IMG/VR virus record: IMGVR_UViG_3300027728_000006 | Location: 40,352-104,351 of that record | Reading direction: 5' to 3' (one strand) | Length of the DNA: 64,000 nucleotides | From: a virus | Part shown: positions 28,470 to 39,698 of the stretch, one piece after another | Position numbering within the stretch: position 1 is the stretch's first letter | How the letters are laid out: each line of letters starts with the position of its first letter | Translations under genes and position numbers: made by a program | Notes under the pieces: model-generated | Databases searched by the model: none | Told to the model about the DNA's origin: nothing | Seen by the model: only the letters and a program-made list of their open reading frames with translations

Positions 28470-31400
28470 TCAAGCATAGTATTCGTCACAGTTAGTTGTA
28501 GATCTGCGGCATAACTGGTGACAGCGTTTTCTCCGTGGGGTCTTCCCATCGGCGCATAAACTACCAGTATCAACTTCTTTAGTCCATAAATTCTGAGCGC
28601 AGCAGTCGCTACTAAATGACGTGTATGCATCCGCAGCACCGCAGCCTAAGCACGAAACTCTAATTGGAGCGCTTAGTTCACCTTCAGAACCAACCCTTCC
28701 GTTTCTGCAATCGGAATCACTTACCACGGCACTGCTATTTCTAAGTTTAAAAACATTAAAAGTTTTAGAAGCACCAGGAATCAACATAAAACTACTCCTG
28801 CCAGAATCAATATTTATAGCCTTATTCATGGACAATGCAACACATTGCACGCATGTATTACAACTATTGACATTTAACCTTTTTCCGATTGGCGCTCTAG
28901 GTATTGCCGTAACACTACAAACCCCATATATACTGAAATCCAAACAGCTAGAATTATCTGACCAACAAGAAAGATATAACTCTATATAACATCCTTGTTG
29001 CACACTTGGACCAGCCTTAGGCGCTCCTGGTGCGCCTGGTGCGCCTCCAGGTCCGCTGCCGCCGAAAGGGTTCGGAGGAAAAGAAAGGGGCGCAGCAAGT
29101 AAAACCACTGGTCCAGCAACAGCAGCGGGTCCAGCAACAGGTCCAGCAACAGGTCCAGCAACAGGTCCAGCAACAGGTCCAGCAGGAGGCGTAAATGGAA
29201 TATCGTCACATATTCCAGGATGACACCTAAGACCTCCAGTTAGAAATTTACCACCAAGACGACCACATTGCTCTTGCGTGGTTTCTACGCAAAGGGTGGG
29301 AAGACAACATGGGGCAATTGAATCTGGCGGTAATGGAGGTTCAGAAGGAATACAGTTATAAGCCTCATTTATATCGTCGTCAGTAATAATAAAATTAGCC
29401 TCATCATTGCCAATTTGAAGAAACGGATAAGACCCAATAGGGGTAATTTTTAATTTAAAACCCTCAACCCTCTCCATGTCCCCTTCGTTTTCAAGAATTT
29501 GACCAAGTTTTAATCCTGTTTCTGCATTATTAATAATAAACGGAATCTTGGTAAAATATCCACTTGGATAAATTTCACTAGATTCTAAATATTCAGCCCC
29601 AGTACCATTTATGGTCGGAGCCCATTTTTGATAAGAAATTAATCCAGAAAAATTATAATCTCTCCAACCTGTCAAATTTATAGTATAACTAACCATTTGA
29701 TCTTTTTCACATCCCGAATATGAAGTTTTACTGAATGATAAGTAAGAAGGTAACGGCTCTGAAGGAGGATTGAAGCCACCAGTAGGTTTACCATATTTTA
29801 TTTTTAATAAATAATTACCACTAGCCAAATAATCATTAAAAGAGAAAAAATTACTTTTTTCTTGAATTTGCTCATTTGAAAAGGGTTGACTTTTTAAAGT
29901 TTTTATTTTTTCATTTCTTGTGTCATAACCAGAACAATTAAAAAAAGAAATATTGCCCCTTGAGATTCCAGAAATATCACTTGCATCATAATTATAACCT
30001 TGAAAATTTGTTATAATTTCACCATAAAAATTTTCATCATCAGCTAATTGCAAACTATAGCCATAGTAATATCCATATCCCCCAGTACACCCAGCATCAA
30101 AACAATCGCCAGTTCTTAATTCGTAATTATTATTCAGCAAATATTTGCCAGAAACTCCATAAAAATTTTTATTATACTTACCAAAGTATTCGTATTCTGG
30201 ATTTTCATTAAAGTTTTTTAAAATATACCTATCCTCGTCGCAGTCGTAAACATAACCAAAATCAACCTTTTTTTTAATAGTTTCCTCTATGACTCTAGAC
30301 TCTCCAGAGTAAGAGTATAATCCTTGTTCAAGTATATATTTTTTAAAAATCCCACTAAACGAACCTCCCACCCCAGTATTTTCATTTACATCATAAGAAT
30401 ACTCTCCAGAATACATTTTTCCTGTAAAAATTCTGCACCCACTGCCATAACAATTATAAGCCACTGGCGGATAATCATAATCAATATAAGTCCCCTCAAC
30501 GCCTCTATTGTAATTTGGCGGATTGATAATCAAACCACTAACCAATTCTCCATTTTGTCCAGTGAAAGTTGTAAATCCGCCACCCAAGGGAATTTTATTA
30601 ACTCCAAAAGCTAAATCTTGATAGTAAAATTCTTCTGTATCAATCTCTGTGCCGTTAAAATATTTTTTAATATAACCAGTTGAAGCAAAAGTATATCTTT
30701 TTTGAACGACTCCAGAATAAAAACCAGTAAAGTATAATTCATTTGGCGAGCATCCACTTATCCCAGTAACGTACAAAATATAATTACCCAATCCCGTACA
30801 TCCACTTCCATCGCAATTTTTTACTAAACTTGAATTAGAAAACAATCCGCTTACTCCATTTGATAAATAAAGTTGATAATTGTCGTTTAAAAATGCACCC
30901 ACCGGCTCATTGAATGAATAATTCACAACTTGACTAGGAGTAGCGTTGTAATTTTTGCAATGTTTGCTTTCTTTAAATAAATCAAAATCTACATAACAAT
31001 TTTCTTTTTTTATTTCAAATTTAAAATCCGATTTAACTAAGTCGCAAGATTTTTCTTTTATAGAGAAATCTACCAAACTTTCGTCTGAAATATCATCAAA
31101 GAACAATTCTCCACTTACATTAAATCCAGATAAAAAATTAAAAGATTGAGTTAAAACTGGATAAGAATTCATATATTCTCTCCAGCCATCTAATGAATTC
31201 AATTTGACCTTAGAACCAGTTAATCCGCCCGTTGAAACTGGCGTAGGCGAAGATGAAAAGAAAGATTGAATTGGATTATTAAAAAAACCAGAACCGCTAA
31301 TAGATGGATACAGTCTAGATATTCTAACCCTACCGCCAGTGGGAGTTGAAGTACCAATATCTAAATCACCCACAAATAAACCAGATTCATTATAAAAATC

Positions 31401-33269
31401 TAATTTTCCATAAAAATTTCCTGATTTAGTTAAAAAATTAGAATTATTTATATAAGATTCTAAAGGATTTTCAGGAGAAATACCACTAACTAAAAACGGC
31501 TTATAAACCTCTAAATTATTATCATTAATTTTAAAATAACCAGTATTAAAGGGCAATTCGGAAATTTCCAAATCCAAAGACGGAAAGTCGCCATCGCAGG
31601 CATCAAAAAGTATTTCCACAGTTCTTTCCTTTGGGTCTATAAATCCATATAAACTTTTTTTATCTCCATCTTTAAACTCCCCCTTGATTGGATCAAATTC
31701 AGAAATATCCTGAACCTGAGCGTCCTCATTCTTTCCACTCATTAAATACCAACTAATATATTTTTTAATCCTATTAACTCCTGGTTCTAAATATGAAAAA
31801 TTTCCAAGCCAAAAACCGGTGCTAGTTTCGCCAGTAGCCAAAACAAAGCCAGGAAAATTATTAAAAGGAAATGTAAAAAAACCAGTTCCATAAGCGGTTG
31901 GAGTAGCAAATTTTATTGTTTCAAGTTCTGCGCCTGTATAATTTCCAGTAATTGTAAACTCATTATTAGCATTGTAAGAATACGTTCCACCAGATGGACT
32001 GTAAGTAAAATTGCCACTATTAAAATTGTCACCCGTAAGAATATAGCCGCTTACGTTTTCTCCAAAAACATTTCTACCAGTCAAACTTCCAGTAATACCG
32101 CCAATGTTAATAGTTTGACTAAGTCTAGAAATTGTCCCACTAACTCTGGCTGGAGCAAATCCAGACCCAAGAATTAACTGCTGGACACTTCCACTTCCAA
32201 GCACGGGTATTTCTATTTCAGTTAGTTGCTCAAAATATCCAGTTGCTTTAAAATTTTTAAAAAAAACATTCCCAGAGCCAGAGCCAAATTCATATTGATT
32301 TAAAATAGAGTTGAATCCAGAAACCAATCCAGTTTTATATGCAGATAAATCTCCAGACCCAGATACAAAGCCAGAAACCAATTGTCCCTGAATAAGCTTG
32401 CTTCTATTTATATCTAAAAAAACAGATCCAGTAAATCCACTAATATATTCTAAAGAAATTTTAAAATCTGATTTAGAACTATTTAAAAAATACGAAGAAT
32501 ATCTATTGATTTCATCATTAGAAATAGTTGTATTATTTGGAGATATTAACAAGTAAAAACCTTGTTCGGATAATGGAATTCCAGAGGCTTGGAATGTATA
32601 TGAAAAATCTCCAAAATTTGTATTAAATACTACTGGAAAAGAATAATCCCCCCTTACAAAATTCACAGGAACTATTTCAAAAATCTCCTCAGAATATGAA
32701 ATTATCTCTCTAGGGAACTGAGCTGGAGAATCCTTAAAAGAAAAATTACCGTCAATAACTTGACCAGAGTAAATGAAAATATCTAATGGATTTGGATTAT
32801 TTAACTTTAATTGAATTGGTGTCAAACCCTGTTCAAAAAAAGATCCAGAAGAACTGTAAGCTTTTTGACCATAACTAGTTGAATCATACCCAGTTGGATA
32901 ATCCCCCTCAACAAAAAAATCAACATAAGAACTAGATGCTTGGTCTGTATTAAAATAAAAGTAAGAATAATTATTAGATTGCTTTGCCTGACCAATATAC
33001 ACTGGAGCATTATTTATAAAAAAATCATTTGACGTAGGACCAACATTACCCGAAAGTTCAACAACTTGATTCGAAGCATAGGAACCAACATTATTACCTA
33101 AATTATCATATATCTTACTATTTTTAAACGACCACTCTAAAACTCCGCTCTTTCCAGAAAAACCAAAATCAAAATAAGAAGAATTTTCATTAATTGAAAT
33201 ATTTGATCTCCAGGCGAAGAACCCAGTTTGCTCATATATTTTTCTTTTTTTGAATCCAGAAATTTCCAT
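28470..33269 (-). CDS. Large tail/tail-tip protein with SG/TG-rich beta body, Calx-beta-like domain and Cys-rich C-terminus
   Basis: Last gene of the tail operon; YLSFSKTSY...E.F.L...ITDDD Calx-beta pattern; Pro/Gly linker. Confidence 0.6.
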   Translation of the reverse strand: MEISGFKKRKIYEQTGFFAWRSNISINENSSYFDFGFSGKSGVLEWSFKNSKIYDNLGNNVGSYASNQVVELSGNVGPTSNDFFINNAPVYIGQAKQSNNYSYFYFNTDQASSSYVDFFVEGDYPTGYDSTSYGQKAYSSSGSFFEQGLTPIQLKLNNPNPLDIFIYSGQVIDGNFSFKDSPAQFPREIISYSEEIFEIVPVNFVRGDYSFPVVFNTNFGDFSYTFQASGIPLSEQGFYLLISPNNTTISNDEINRYSSYFLNSSKSDFKISLEYISGFTGSVFLDINRSKLIQGQLVSGFVSGSGDLSAYKTGLVSGFNSILNQYEFGSGSGNVFFKNFKATGYFEQLTEIEIPVLGSGSVQQLILGSGFAPARVSGTISRLSQTINIGGITGSLTGRNVFGENVSGYILTGDNFNSGNFTYSPSGGTYSYNANNEFTITGNYTGAELETIKFATPTAYGTGFFTFPFNNFPGFVLATGETSTGFWLGNFSYLEPGVNRIKKYISWYLMSGKNEDAQVQDISEFDPIKGEFKDGDKKSLYGFIDPKERTVEILFDACDGDFPSLDLEISELPFNTGYFKINDNNLEVYKPFLVSGISPENPLESYINNSNFLTKSGNFYGKLDFYNESGLFVGDLDIGTSTPTGGRVRISRLYPSISGSGFFNNPIQSFFSSSPTPVSTGGLTGSKVKLNSLDGWREYMNSYPVLTQSFNFLSGFNVSGELFFDDISDESLVDFSIKEKSCDLVKSDFKFEIKKENCYVDFDLFKESKHCKNYNATPSQVVNYSFNEPVGAFLNDNYQLYLSNGVSGLFSNSSLVKNCDGSGCTGLGNYILYVTGISGCSPNELYFTGFYSGVVQKRYTFASTGYIKKYFNGTEIDTEEFYYQDLAFGVNKIPLGGGFTTFTGQNGELVSGLIINPPNYNRGVEGTYIDYDYPPVAYNCYGSGCRIFTGKMYSGEYSYDVNENTGVGGSFSGIFKKYILEQGLYSYSGESRVIEETIKKKVDFGYVYDCDEDRYILKNFNENPEYEYFGKYNKNFYGVSGKYLLNNNYELRTGDCFDAGCTGGYGYYYGYSLQLADDENFYGEIITNFQGYNYDASDISGISRGNISFFNCSGYDTRNEKIKTLKSQPFSNEQIQEKSNFFSFNDYLASGNYLLKIKYGKPTGGFNPPSEPLPSYLSFSKTSYSGCEKDQMVSYTINLTGWRDYNFSGLISYQKWAPTINGTGAEYLESSEIYPSGYFTKIPFIINNAETGLKLGQILENEGDMERVEGFKLKITPIGSYPFLQIGNDEANFIITDDDINEAYNCIPSEPPLPPDSIAPCCLPTLCVETTQEQCGRLGGKFLTGGLRCHPGICDDIPFTPPAGPVAGPVAGPVAGPVAGPAAVAGPVVLLAAPLSFPPNPFGGSGPGGAPGAPGAPKAGPSVQQGCYIELYLSCWSDNSSCLDFSIYGVCSVTAIPRAPIGKRLNVNSCNTCVQCVALSMNKAINIDSGRSSFMLIPGASKTFNVFKLRNSSAVVSDSDCRNGRVGSEGELSAPIRVSCLGCGAADAYTSFSSDCCAQNLWTKEVDTGSLCADGKTPRRKRCHQLCRRSTTNCDEYYA
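29110..29184 (-). repeat. 12-bp tandem repeat (ggtccagcaaca) encoding an AGPV linker
   Basis: Five full copies and one partial copy, with one 6-bp interruption. Confidence 0.9.
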
Positions 33270-33270
33270 A

Positions 33271-36138
33271 CTAATTAGAAGGTAAACTTGAAGGTCTGTA
33301 ATCAGAATTTAAATTCCCACCGATAGATTTATGAGCCAGTCTGTAAGTGAGGGCTTCTATTATTTTATTTAAAAAATTAGATTCTGGAATTTGTTTGTAT
33401 TTCGAGGATAGGGTATAACTGGTTTTTGGACCATCGTCTCCAATTGTTATATTGACAGTATCAAGACCCTCTTCTATTGAGTATTTTTTTGGAAAAACTC
33501 CATATAATGTAAAGTCAACGGTTTTTTTATTTTCAGAGTTTGAGTACTTTAAATAAGAATATGCCCTATCATGAGCTTCTTGAATTTTTTTCAAATCCGC
33601 CGCGCAAGCTCCTTTCTTTAATTCTTTTTCTACTTGACTTAACTCATTAAAATAAAAATCATGTTTCATCGTTACCTCTGGAATATCGCCAACAAATGGA
33701 ACCTGATATTTTGGTATGCGAACTGAAATATTATAAGATTGCTTGATTCTCACTTTATAAAACTCTTTAGCGTCTCCATCTGGATTATCCGCAGGATTTA
33801 CATCCAATAAGTTTTTTTTCGGAGCTGCCATAAAATCTCTAAACTTTTCAGTTTCCTCCGCCATTTTGTCCTTCAAGCTCTTCTTGACCGCCTCCTTCTC
33901 CTTGAAAAAAGAACCGCCCACCGGCATCATAAAATTAAAACCGTCGAATGTTACCCATCTGCACTTATCTCCGGTTAAACCAGAAGCACCAGTTATTAAT
34001 CTTTTTTCATAAGGCTTATCGCTTTCTCTTGACTGACCCAGCAAAGTTCTTTTTATTTTTTTCATTTGCTTGGTTTCATAAAAATTAGAAATCTCTTTTT
34101 TAGTAACAGGAAACGCGGTACCATTTCTTGCCTCCCTAACGCAGTATATTCTAATATTTTTATTATTTTTAGCCACATCCTTGAATTTGCTCAACCTCAT
34201 CAAAGCGTCCGGCCTACCATCCTGACCCACTAACCACATTCCAAAGTTATTTGTCAAATAATCAACTGAATCCTGGTAATACTCTGTGTCGCCGCTATGC
34301 GGAAACCATTTAGCATCCCTTTCGGCGACTATGAGATTTTTTTTAATTTTATATTCCTTTTGAACTGTTCCAGATTCTTCCTCGACTGTAAATTTAGATG
34401 TCTCCTCACTCTCGTCATTTTTCACCTCATCCAGTAGTTTATTTATATAAGACCCTGGCTTGTGACCAAATCCAGCAAGAGGATGACCAACCACGCCAGA
34501 TCCAGCTTCTAAAAATTCAGCAGAGGCATCTGGAGCTTGAATAGAAATATCAGGAGAGTTATCATCACCGCCCGCAATTATTGGAGAATATACTCGATAC
34601 CAAAATTTTCCCATAAAGTTATTTGCAATATTTGCATCTTGATCAAACCTAGAAGACAAATCGTCTAAACTATTCTCTACTACTAAAAAATAATATTTTG
34701 AAGCTTCGCCCTGCTTCTTGCCTTCTTCTATTATAATTTTAGACCTCTCATCCCCCATTTGACTCAATATGGTATTCCAGCCATCAGTATTAACTCCATC
34801 TGGAGATCCGGTTGGTCCAATTACGTCTAAAATTTTCATATTTCCAAGCTCTTTTAAGATTTTGTCTTCTTTTTTCTTAGTAATAGTTGAATTTAATGAG
34901 CCGCCAGTCCAAATTGAATACGGCTTCTCCTCTTCTTTATCTAACGCGCCCTCCACAGGAATAGGAAGAATACTATCTACCGCAGCCTTCATATCTAATA
35001 TTTTATAATGATTATAAAACCAAAAAATCTCCCTCAACGAGCTACTATAATAACTTAAAGCCACAGACATTTCATGTGATTCTAAATACTCCTCATCAAC
35101 AATATCTTGAGCATTTTTAATCACAGCTATTAATCCAGCGCTATCTTTTGCATCCGATATTATATCGCTTGCATACAATGGATAAAGTGTTAATATTCTA
35201 TCATCTTCACAAGTATAAGATTGCTCGGAACCTTGTCTTTCATAATAAGAAATAACCCCTCTCGAACTAGTCTCTTCGCAAGACACCGTTTCAGAATAAT
35301 CACTAAGATCTTTATATTTTTCTTCTAAATTTAGATCGATGGGGGATTTTAAATCTAAAAAAATTAATTCATTTGTTTCAAAATTCCAATAAAATGTAAA
35401 ACCAAAATCAGAACACCAACTTTGAAGCACAGACCTTAATGATCCAACGTACTCTTTTGGATTTTTTTTAAAATCTTCCTCGTCAGGTCTATTTTTAATT
35501 TTTATTACTCCAGTAGTACTTATTTTATCTAATAATTCGTTGAAGGTATATTTAACCTCATATATCTGCATGTCTAAATCTGGATCTTGAACGCAAGACA
35601 AACCGTATTTATCAGGCGGAGCAAATGGACATGGATCACACCAATCTATTTTTATTTGATCTTCTTTTCCTTGAACTGTAGAGTCAAAGTCAGTATCACA
35701 AGGATGATATTCTTTTCCAACTATTATAAGATATTTAGATATTGCTCCAGCTTTTGACGGACTTCCATATGACTCATAACCTTCTCTTTTTCTATTTATA
35801 CCATGTCTATTATGCAATCCAACATACCATCTGTCCAACTCAAAGCTATTGTCAATATACTTCAATTCTAAAGTAGAAAGGTCAGGAGTTATATTTTTAG
35901 TATATGAAACTAATTTCCCCTTAAAAGTCAAATTATTAGATATTTTAATCGACTCCGATCCGCCAGAACTAGCTGAAATTTTAGGATCAGAATAATTCCC
36001 ATTTTCACTAACAATTCTTACCGTTAGAGAGCTTGGAGATTCCGGCCCGCCAACACTGCAAGAAAGATTATAAACATAACCTCCAAACATTCTTTTCCCA
36101 AGAACTGAATCTCTTTCAATTTCAATAATTTTCGACAT
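33271..36138 (-). CDS. Putative tail tip/baseplate hub protein
   Basis: Position in the tail operon; GSLRSVLQSWCSDFGFTFYW hub-like segment. Confidence 0.5.
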   Translation of the reverse strand: MSKIIEIERDSVLGKRMFGGYVYNLSCSVGGPESPSSLTVRIVSENGNYSDPKISASSGGSESIKISNNLTFKGKLVSYTKNITPDLSTLELKYIDNSFELDRWYVGLHNRHGINRKREGYESYGSPSKAGAISKYLIIVGKEYHPCDTDFDSTVQGKEDQIKIDWCDPCPFAPPDKYGLSCVQDPDLDMQIYEVKYTFNELLDKISTTGVIKIKNRPDEEDFKKNPKEYVGSLRSVLQSWCSDFGFTFYWNFETNELIFLDLKSPIDLNLEEKYKDLSDYSETVSCEETSSRGVISYYERQGSEQSYTCEDDRILTLYPLYASDIISDAKDSAGLIAVIKNAQDIVDEEYLESHEMSVALSYYSSSLREIFWFYNHYKILDMKAAVDSILPIPVEGALDKEEEKPYSIWTGGSLNSTITKKKEDKILKELGNMKILDVIGPTGSPDGVNTDGWNTILSQMGDERSKIIIEEGKKQGEASKYYFLVVENSLDDLSSRFDQDANIANNFMGKFWYRVYSPIIAGGDDNSPDISIQAPDASAEFLEAGSGVVGHPLAGFGHKPGSYINKLLDEVKNDESEETSKFTVEEESGTVQKEYKIKKNLIVAERDAKWFPHSGDTEYYQDSVDYLTNNFGMWLVGQDGRPDALMRLSKFKDVAKNNKNIRIYCVREARNGTAFPVTKKEISNFYETKQMKKIKRTLLGQSRESDKPYEKRLITGASGLTGDKCRWVTFDGFNFMMPVGGSFFKEKEAVKKSLKDKMAEETEKFRDFMAAPKKNLLDVNPADNPDGDAKEFYKVRIKQSYNISVRIPKYQVPFVGDIPEVTMKHDFYFNELSQVEKELKKGACAADLKKIQEAHDRAYSYLKYSNSENKKTVDFTLYGVFPKKYSIEEGLDTVNITIGDDGPKTSYTLSSKYKQIPESNFLNKIIEALTYRLAHKSIGGNLNSDYRPSSLPSN

Positions 36139-36180
36139 TTAAAAAGCCTTTTTTCCTTTATATTATATACCTACAAAAAC

Positions 36181-38025
36181 TTAATTTTCAAAAAAATTAG
36201 AATTGTTATTATATAATACACCCTTTAATTCGTTTAAATTACCAAAATTATGAAAAAGATCACTTGAAGAGCCCTCAAAAAAATCTTTATTTTTTTCTAA
36301 CTTCATTCCATTAAGATAACAATCTAAAGAATTTTGTTTAAATCTGCCTTCATTTCTTACAAAAAAGCCACTCGAAGAATTTATTTCCTGAAATCCACCA
36401 CTTATATCTTTTATGACCGTAAGAACTCCACTTTCACCATCGAAAAGATCGCAGCAATTCGAAAAGAACATTGAGTTGCCAGATACCTTTATTCGATTTT
36501 GCTCAAGCGACAAATCTGAAGAATTGCCAGTATGTAATTTTTGACCATTAAAAAAAACTACATTATTAGTACCAGTAGATATAAATCTATGCCCAGTTCC
36601 TGAAAGGTGTTTAAAATTATCAAAAATAGAAATAGATTTATAATTTAAAAAATCGACACTTATGTTATCGTTTCTATCATAACTTTCGTTAGAAAATACG
36701 AATCCTCCCGAAATATAATAATCTCTATCCTGCGTGATATATGGACTATAGAAATCTCCAGTCAAACTATAAGCTCCACTATTTTGAAACATGCCACCAA
36801 GATAAAGCAAAAAACCCTTATTTTGTCCAACAAAGAATCCCTTATTAATTCTATCATAGTTTAAAATTTTATCTTTGATAATTTGATTTTCTCGAACGTC
36901 ACTCCCAAGATTTTTCTGAAAATTCCAAGAGAAAGCGTCAACATTTTGATCTAATGGATAGGCGGAAATGCCTTTCGTCATTCCAAAAGTACCAGCGAAA
37001 CCCGTATCAAATTCAAGCTCGATCCTCTTTTCTCCAGAAAAAACCGGATATAAAACTTCGCCAGTCAGTGCAATCAAATCCAACCCAGACTCCACATAAT
37101 ACATCGGCTGTTTAGAATAACCAGTGAAAACATTTCCAAATATATCAGTAATTTCTCCAGTTACAACAACGTCGTACCCAGTAATTCCACTTGAAACCGG
37201 AACAAATCCACTTATATAACCAGTTATTTCGATGCTAGGAGCCATCCCAGAAAATTCCCCAGTTAAAAATGGCTCACAAATAAAACCACTAGAAATATAT
37301 TTAAAATTAGTTTCATCAACCGCGCGATTTAAAAATAAAAAAGATTCTATATATCCACTCTTATATGGCTTATTGTAAAATAAACCAGAAAAATTCTCGT
37401 TTATAGTTCCAATTTTCCAATTTTTTGAAGTTGGCGCAAATGGTTTATTAAAAAAATAATTTTCAACTATCGCTGAACTTGAAAAGTAATCATATTTCCC
37501 TAAAGATAGTGATCCGTTAGAATAAGATACCATCAGGCAATTATTTTCTCCCAATTGAGAATTCAAGCAATAGGAATTAACCCCACCGTCATCTCTATTT
37601 TCAAAATATAATTTATTAGCGTCATTTATTCCAAAAGAAAATCCCTTATACAAATTAGATCCGCCCAATTGTTCTACTTCTAAATTAGAAAAAATAACAC
37701 CTTTTGCGCCACTTGCAATAAACACAAATCCAAAACTTTCATTATAATCGCTAGCCGTTTTAAATCCACTAGTCCATCCATTTCCAGTATTAGTTTTAAT
37801 CCCAAGAATTCGACTAGAATTAAAGTATCCATTATGAGAAAGCAATCCAGCATTGGAAGTACTTCCAGACAAGATATCTAATGAAAAATTCTCTCCGTCT
37901 CCAGTATATCCAATACTATGGACAGGATAACTTGAATTATTTTTCAAATTAAAATACAATAAACAATTTTCAATTGGAATATATCCAAAATTTTCCAAAA
38001 AATAAAATGTACCAGTTTTAGCCAT
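36181..38025 (-). CDS. Tail-associated protein (LamG-like N-terminal part)
   Basis: GFSFGINDANKLYFE; SG/TG-rich; (Y/F)LNG.K repeats. Confidence 0.45.
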   Translation of the reverse strand: MAKTGTFYFLENFGYIPIENCLLYFNLKNNSSYPVHSIGYTGDGENFSLDILSGSTSNAGLLSHNGYFNSSRILGIKTNTGNGWTSGFKTASDYNESFGFVFIASGAKGVIFSNLEVEQLGGSNLYKGFSFGINDANKLYFENRDDGGVNSYCLNSQLGENNCLMVSYSNGSLSLGKYDYFSSSAIVENYFFNKPFAPTSKNWKIGTINENFSGLFYNKPYKSGYIESFLFLNRAVDETNFKYISSGFICEPFLTGEFSGMAPSIEITGYISGFVPVSSGITGYDVVVTGEITDIFGNVFTGYSKQPMYYVESGLDLIALTGEVLYPVFSGEKRIELEFDTGFAGTFGMTKGISAYPLDQNVDAFSWNFQKNLGSDVRENQIIKDKILNYDRINKGFFVGQNKGFLLYLGGMFQNSGAYSLTGDFYSPYITQDRDYYISGGFVFSNESYDRNDNISVDFLNYKSISIFDNFKHLSGTGHRFISTGTNNVVFFNGQKLHTGNSSDLSLEQNRIKVSGNSMFFSNCCDLFDGESGVLTVIKDISGGFQEINSSSGFFVRNEGRFKQNSLDCYLNGMKLEKNKDFFEGSSSDLFHNFGNLNELKGVLYNNNSNFFEN

Positions 38026-38038
38026 AATAAAAAATATT

Positions 38039-39691
38039 TTAAGTTTTCAAATCGAAAAAAAGATCATCATTCTGATCAGCCTCAAATGAAATAGTTGCAT
38101 TAAAATTATAGGTTTGGCCAGACGCAAGATCCCTTGTAACCTTAACATCTTCAATAAAAATTTGTCCAGAATTTTTTATATATTTTCTTATAATCGAGAT
38201 GCTCATATTTTTTATTTCCGAATAAAGTTCAGACGCTTCGCAAACTTTATTAGTATTCAGTGATCCATTTATTGAAACCTGAGGTCTTGTTTTGCAATTT
38301 ATGCCAACCACCTTAGCTCCATCATATACAGTTTGAATCGGAAGTATAATATTTTTTGAAAAACTGGTTTGCAAATTGAAATCTAAATTTTTAAAATCCC
38401 TCCAAACACTCCTAGGATTTACCTCCATAAATGAAGCATTGATAGAAATTACACAATTTCTTTCATCAAAAGACAAGCTGTGCGATTTCGGATAATTTTC
38501 CAATGGTCCACCGCCCTCATTAGATAATTCCTTTTGACACAAACCTTTAATATTCAAAGTTTCATAAAAATCTTTTAATTCACTCCATTTATTTTTTTGA
38601 CTATTTTTCCCCTTAATTGTAATTGAAGCTGAAATTTCATGCAATTCAGAAAGATTATCATAAGATATTGAGTAGTCCGCATCCATATAAACCGATGATG
38701 CGCCCATGTCAGAATCAAAAGAGCAAGAAAAAGACAGTGAAAGCTCCACTTCTTTTTCGTCTATTTTTAAATTCAACATATTAGGGTTAAGGGACAATGA
38801 ATATTTCTTTCTAAAAAAAGAATTAGCCAAATTATAAAGATCTAATTTTGAAAAAGCCTCTCTAATTTTTTCCATATTTGAAAAATTGCCATTATCCCCA
38901 TCCAATCCACCCTGGACAGATCCATTCAAGCTGGTGCTGTAAATACCAGATTGCTCATCGTAACTTGTTTCAACAGAAAAATTCAATACACAGCCACTAT
39001 TTGGCGCTCTAGAGTCACAAATATACTTCTTAACTAAAGAGTAAGATGACTGCAATCTATCAACCTGCTCCTCCACAGAAGTCAATACCGGATTTTGAAT
39101 AATTCCATTTCTTGCTATTCTACTTGTAGCAATTCCATCCCCTAGAACACATTTATCGGCAACGTAATTTATTGCATTTTGCAATGGACTAATAGATGTC
39201 TTAAACCCAACCGCCGAAACAGAATGAGTAATGGAAATTTGACCGTCCTTACCTTCTGAATATTGGATCTCATCCGATTGATCTAAAACGCCAAAAGATT
39301 CAAAAAAATATCTTTCGTCAAAAGTCTCAAAAGTTATAGAGTATGGCTTTATAATTACAGTCTTGTCTTCCTCTAATTCAAATGCGGTTACCTTTGCAAA
39401 ATTTTTCTTAAAAAGAGTACTGCCATTTTGTTTAATTTCAAACTCTTTAAAATCTTTACTTAAGCGGCTAAATAAAGTGTTGCTTTTGTTAATTAATTGT
39501 CCATAGCTATTTTTACAAAAATCATCCAAACCCATATTCCCAGTTATAAGTCCATTTAATGTAAAAGTTTCTTTTGCTACAAAACCTGCGCCATATCTAA
39601 CTGGTTCAAAATTTCTAGAAACAAGAGGAGTTGGTCCAATTCCTGAAAACAGATCTTTTCCATCATAAAAAATTGATACTTGATCTTCCAT
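38039..39691 (-). CDS. Putative distal tail/baseplate protein
   Basis: Second gene downstream of the tape measure; beta-rich repeated units. Confidence 0.45.
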   Translation of the reverse strand: MEDQVSIFYDGKDLFSGIGPTPLVSRNFEPVRYGAGFVAKETFTLNGLITGNMGLDDFCKNSYGQLINKSNTLFSRLSKDFKEFEIKQNGSTLFKKNFAKVTAFELEEDKTVIIKPYSITFETFDERYFFESFGVLDQSDEIQYSEGKDGQISITHSVSAVGFKTSISPLQNAINYVADKCVLGDGIATSRIARNGIIQNPVLTSVEEQVDRLQSSYSLVKKYICDSRAPNSGCVLNFSVETSYDEQSGIYSTSLNGSVQGGLDGDNGNFSNMEKIREAFSKLDLYNLANSFFRKKYSLSLNPNMLNLKIDEKEVELSLSFSCSFDSDMGASSVYMDADYSISYDNLSELHEISASITIKGKNSQKNKWSELKDFYETLNIKGLCQKELSNEGGGPLENYPKSHSLSFDERNCVISINASFMEVNPRSVWRDFKNLDFNLQTSFSKNIILPIQTVYDGAKVVGINCKTRPQVSINGSLNTNKVCEASELYSEIKNMSISIIRKYIKNSGQIFIEDVKVTRDLASGQTYNFNATISFEADQNDDLFFDLKT

Positions 39692-39698
39692 TATTTAC

